Origin: Basidiobolus meristosporus CBS 931.73
Lineage: Eukaryota > Fungi > Basidiobolomycota
Reading direction: 5' to 3'
DNA length: 64,000 bases
NCBI GenBank assembly: GCA_002104905.1
Contig: MCFE01000392.1
Span: 1 to 64,000 of the forward strand
Positions 61,337 to 64,000 of this stretch are shown here, piece after piece. The first letter of the stretch is position 1. Each line of letters begins with the position of its first letter. The notes under the pieces were generated by a model, which saw only the letters and a program-made list of their open reading frames with translations, searched no databases and was not told the DNA's origin. Both the position numbers and the translations under genes were made by a program.

Positions 61337-64000
61337 TGTAGTGGGGTCACAGTGACACCCACAGGCAGATGTGCTCATTCTTATGCATTCACTTCCCTAA
61401 AAAGGATTACCCCGCCTATATTATTATCATCCCAAATTTGCAATATTTCCTATTTTTGTCTATGTGATTATTACTATGCAACCTGACAAACTATTTGTCC
61501 CTATTAACCCATTGCACAAGCTATTCTTATTCCTTGCCGAGATGCCAAGATAAGATAGTTACCTTATAAGGCAAGTACCCCAACAGTGCCCATGTCACGT
61601 GACCATCTTGGTTTCATAATCCCCCATCTCACTACCATAAGAGGCAACCACATGACACAGAGGTTTCATGTTACCACTACCTGATTGGCTAGGTGCTACT
61701 ATATCTCATGGAACAATCCGCCAAGAATTTGCGCTATTTTTAGTACACAAAGACATGATTGGTTGTCTACTACCTTCTGGAAACTTCCGGAAAGTATTTT
61801 CTAGCAAGAAATTGAGCAGCAAAAAAAGTATATAAGGGAGGCTATCCCTTAAAATAAATCATCCCTCTTCCAATATTCCGACTTATTGATTAGTGAGATC
61901 ACCGCTACCTATTACCACTATTTTCTGACTCAGACCTGACAACACTCCCAGGAAACCGCGCTGACAGCCAACTGACCTTGGAGGCACTACTTGTGAGGAA
62001 TACTCAGAGTAGGTATATTTTATTATATTTGTTTGTTTTCCCAAGTTTGTTCTTGTACAGGCAAAGATACTTTTCAGTCTTTGTAACTATTGGTCAAAGC
62101 TGCATTCTTATCAAGTCCCTGTTGGTGGAGTTTACAGTTGTTTTGACTTTGGAAGCTTTAGTACATTGTCATCTCAAAGGACGTCGAAGCCATTATAAAC
62201 TTTTGTTAAGACGCCAACTAAGTTGGGGATTGTAGTTCAATAGTTTTCCCTTGACAAGCTTGAGGCTTTATCCCCCATCACATTAGATTAGACAAAAGAC
62301 CCAGTATTCCTAGCAAGCTTTTGCCAGAGGTTATTGCACCCAGTGAACACCCCACACACATTCACACTTGAGAAGTGTTGGCCGTATTTTCCCCTTTGGA
62401 CTTATACACCACCACATATTTGGCACCCAACGTGGGGGGTTCATACAAGCTCCCTAGGACCCAACAAGATTTACCTGAAGATTTGAGCCGTTACCCATTT
62501 ATTGAAACAAGACTACCGATATTATCAAGACTAAAACACCAACCTACCTACCCAAAATGAACTCTATGCCGTTACCACTCTCACATGGAGCCCCACAGTT
62601 TGATGGAAAGAATGTGGAGAGCTTCATATTCAAATGGGAGAAGCTCTGCAAGATGTGCAGCCTATCTGAACAAGAAATGGCTGAAGACTTCCCCTACTAC
62701 TGCACCGATGATATTACTACTAAGCTTCTCAGACAAGGAGACATTCTGACTGACTGGACCTTAATGAAGACCTACCTACAGGCCAAGTATGGCAGACCCC
62801 AGATATACTATGGAATTGAAGACCTCAGACACTTTGGGAGGATGGGACTCTCCAAGCTACCAATTGAAGAGTTCATTCAACAATATGAAGATATGGCCAA
62901 GCCACTCCTAGAGTCCCAGGCGATAACTGAGTTTACCATGACACTTTACCTTGCACAAGGGCTTCCCCAGGAGTTGGCAAGGAAAGTTGACCTACATGCA
63001 GCCAAGGATGACAAGTCTGGCATTCCTTGCTTTGCAGAGATGAAACGTGTACTCCTAGAGGCAAAGCAAACTTCTACCTTTATGAGACTCCTGACATCTA
63101 ATCTGCCAGACCAGCCAACCAAGGAGCTAAAGAGTGCTGTTGCTGACAATCAGACCTACACTACCGACAGAATTGACCAACTTGCTGAACAGCTACAAAA
63201 GCTAGCCCTCAAGGTTAATGGCTCAGCTGAGGTAGCTACTGAGGGCCAAAGAGCTTTGCCTAGACACTGCATTTGGTGTGACTCTACTCAGCATGCCAGA
63301 CGTGAATGCTCAGAGCTTAGCCAGCTACTTAGAGAAGGAACAGTACAGTTTGATGCTGATGGAATGCTTGCTGATAAGGAAGGAGAAAGGATTCCCACTA
63401 ATTTCCGAAGAGGCGGAATGAGAGCCCTTTTCCAGAAGTCTGACTCAGCAGCTAGAAAGATTACTGTTGATGCCCCTATTGATACTCATACAGTGAGTCC
63501 AAACAGCCCTGACAACAGAAAATACGAAGTAGACACCTTTGCTACTAAGAGACACCTTCCTGAAGAACCTGTCAAACCCATCCTTAGAAGACCACGATTT
63601 GAAGAGCCTGAGGTTATTATTGACAAGAGGCCTGGAACACTGCCTACTCAAGACCCATTACCTCACTTTCAGATGACCTCAAAGATAGCAGGCTACTCAA
63701 GCCCCCAATTGATTACTGAGAAACTACTGAAGCAGAACCTCACTTTGTCAGTTGGAGAAATCATGAGTGTATCACCGTCTGTTAGGAAGACCTTTGATGA
63801 GCAGCTTAGAACAAGAAGACAAGCTGTTGAACATATGGACACCCATATAATCCAGACAAACCATGAAGACCACAAAAAGGATGACACCGCTACCAAATAC
63901 AAGACCTTTTACTCAGTTGCAACTGCTGTGGTGAAAGGGTATATATATGATGACCCTGTTGACTGCCATATTGACAGTGGTTCAGAGATTTGTGTTATGC
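61337..64000 (+). mobile_element. Ty3/Gypsy family A, copy A3 (5' LTR 61337-62416, PBS 62421-62438); runs off the window
   Basis: Reverse complement of A1 6700-9368. Preceded by acgt. PBS TGGCACCCAACGTGGGGG. Confidence 0.95.
62557..64000 (+). CDS. gag: Single-frame Gag-Pol polyprotein, 5' partial
   Basis: Translated by hand: MNSMPLPLSHGAPQFDG...LLKQNLTLSVGEIMSVSP...HIDSGSEICVM with no stop to the window end. Not in the ORF track because it has no stop. Confidence 0.88.
   Translation, partial: MNSMPLPLSHGAPQFDGKNVESFIFKWEKLCKMCSLSEQEMAEDFPYYCTDDITTKLLRQGDILTDWTLMKTYLQAKYGRPQIYYGIEDLRHFGRMGLSKLPIEEFIQQYEDMAKPLLESQAITEFTMTLYLAQGLPQELARKVDLHAAKDDKSGIPCFAEMKRVLLEAKQTSTFMRLLTSNLPDQPTKELKSAVADNQTYTTDRIDQLAEQLQKLALKVNGSAEVATEGQRALPRHCIWCDSTQHARRECSELSQLLREGTVQFDADGMLADKEGERIPTNFRRGGMRALFQKSDSAARKITVDAPIDTHTVSPNSPDNRKYEVDTFATKRHLPEEPVKPILRRPRFEEPEVIIDKRPGTLPTQDPLPHFQMTSKIAGYSSPQLITEKLLKQNLTLSVGEIMSVSPSVRKTFDEQLRTRRQAVEHMDTHIIQTNHEDHKKDDTATKYKTFYSVATAVVKGYIYDDPVDCHIDSGSEICVM

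Overview
This window is eukaryotic, probably fungal (GTATGT/AG intron in a RACK1 fragment). It is a CpG-depleted nest of transposable elements. I found no intact host gene, RNA gene or CRISPR array. Family letters are my own labels. Ty3/Gypsy elements: family A (2294-9368 minus; a second copy from 61337 plus runs off the window), its gag-protease-only relative B (9754-13370, LTRs identical by eye, CCGG target duplication), chromovirus C (9369-17726, host to A and B, with a -1 frameshift signal; degenerate relative at about 23.9-26.5 kb) and family E (31437-36375, ATAG duplication). Ty1/Copia elements: family D (37274-41959 nearly intact; 49211-53893 decayed; older relatives) and an older family F. 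There are also three or four solo LTRs. A multi-copy CACTA/EnSpm-like DNA transposon G has CCC-starting long TIRs and three genes. One DDE_Tnp_4 (Harbinger/ISL2EU-like) transposase frame lies at 55.5-56.4 kb. The three most notable observations are: (1) every visible A/B insertion site is a 4-bp word centred on CpG, although CpG is rare here; (2) B is a recently mobile element that keeps only Gag-PR plus A-like cis signals; (3) one G copy has replaced about 1.3 kb of its transposase with an intron-containing piece of the host RACK1 gene. All alignments and counts were made by eye.
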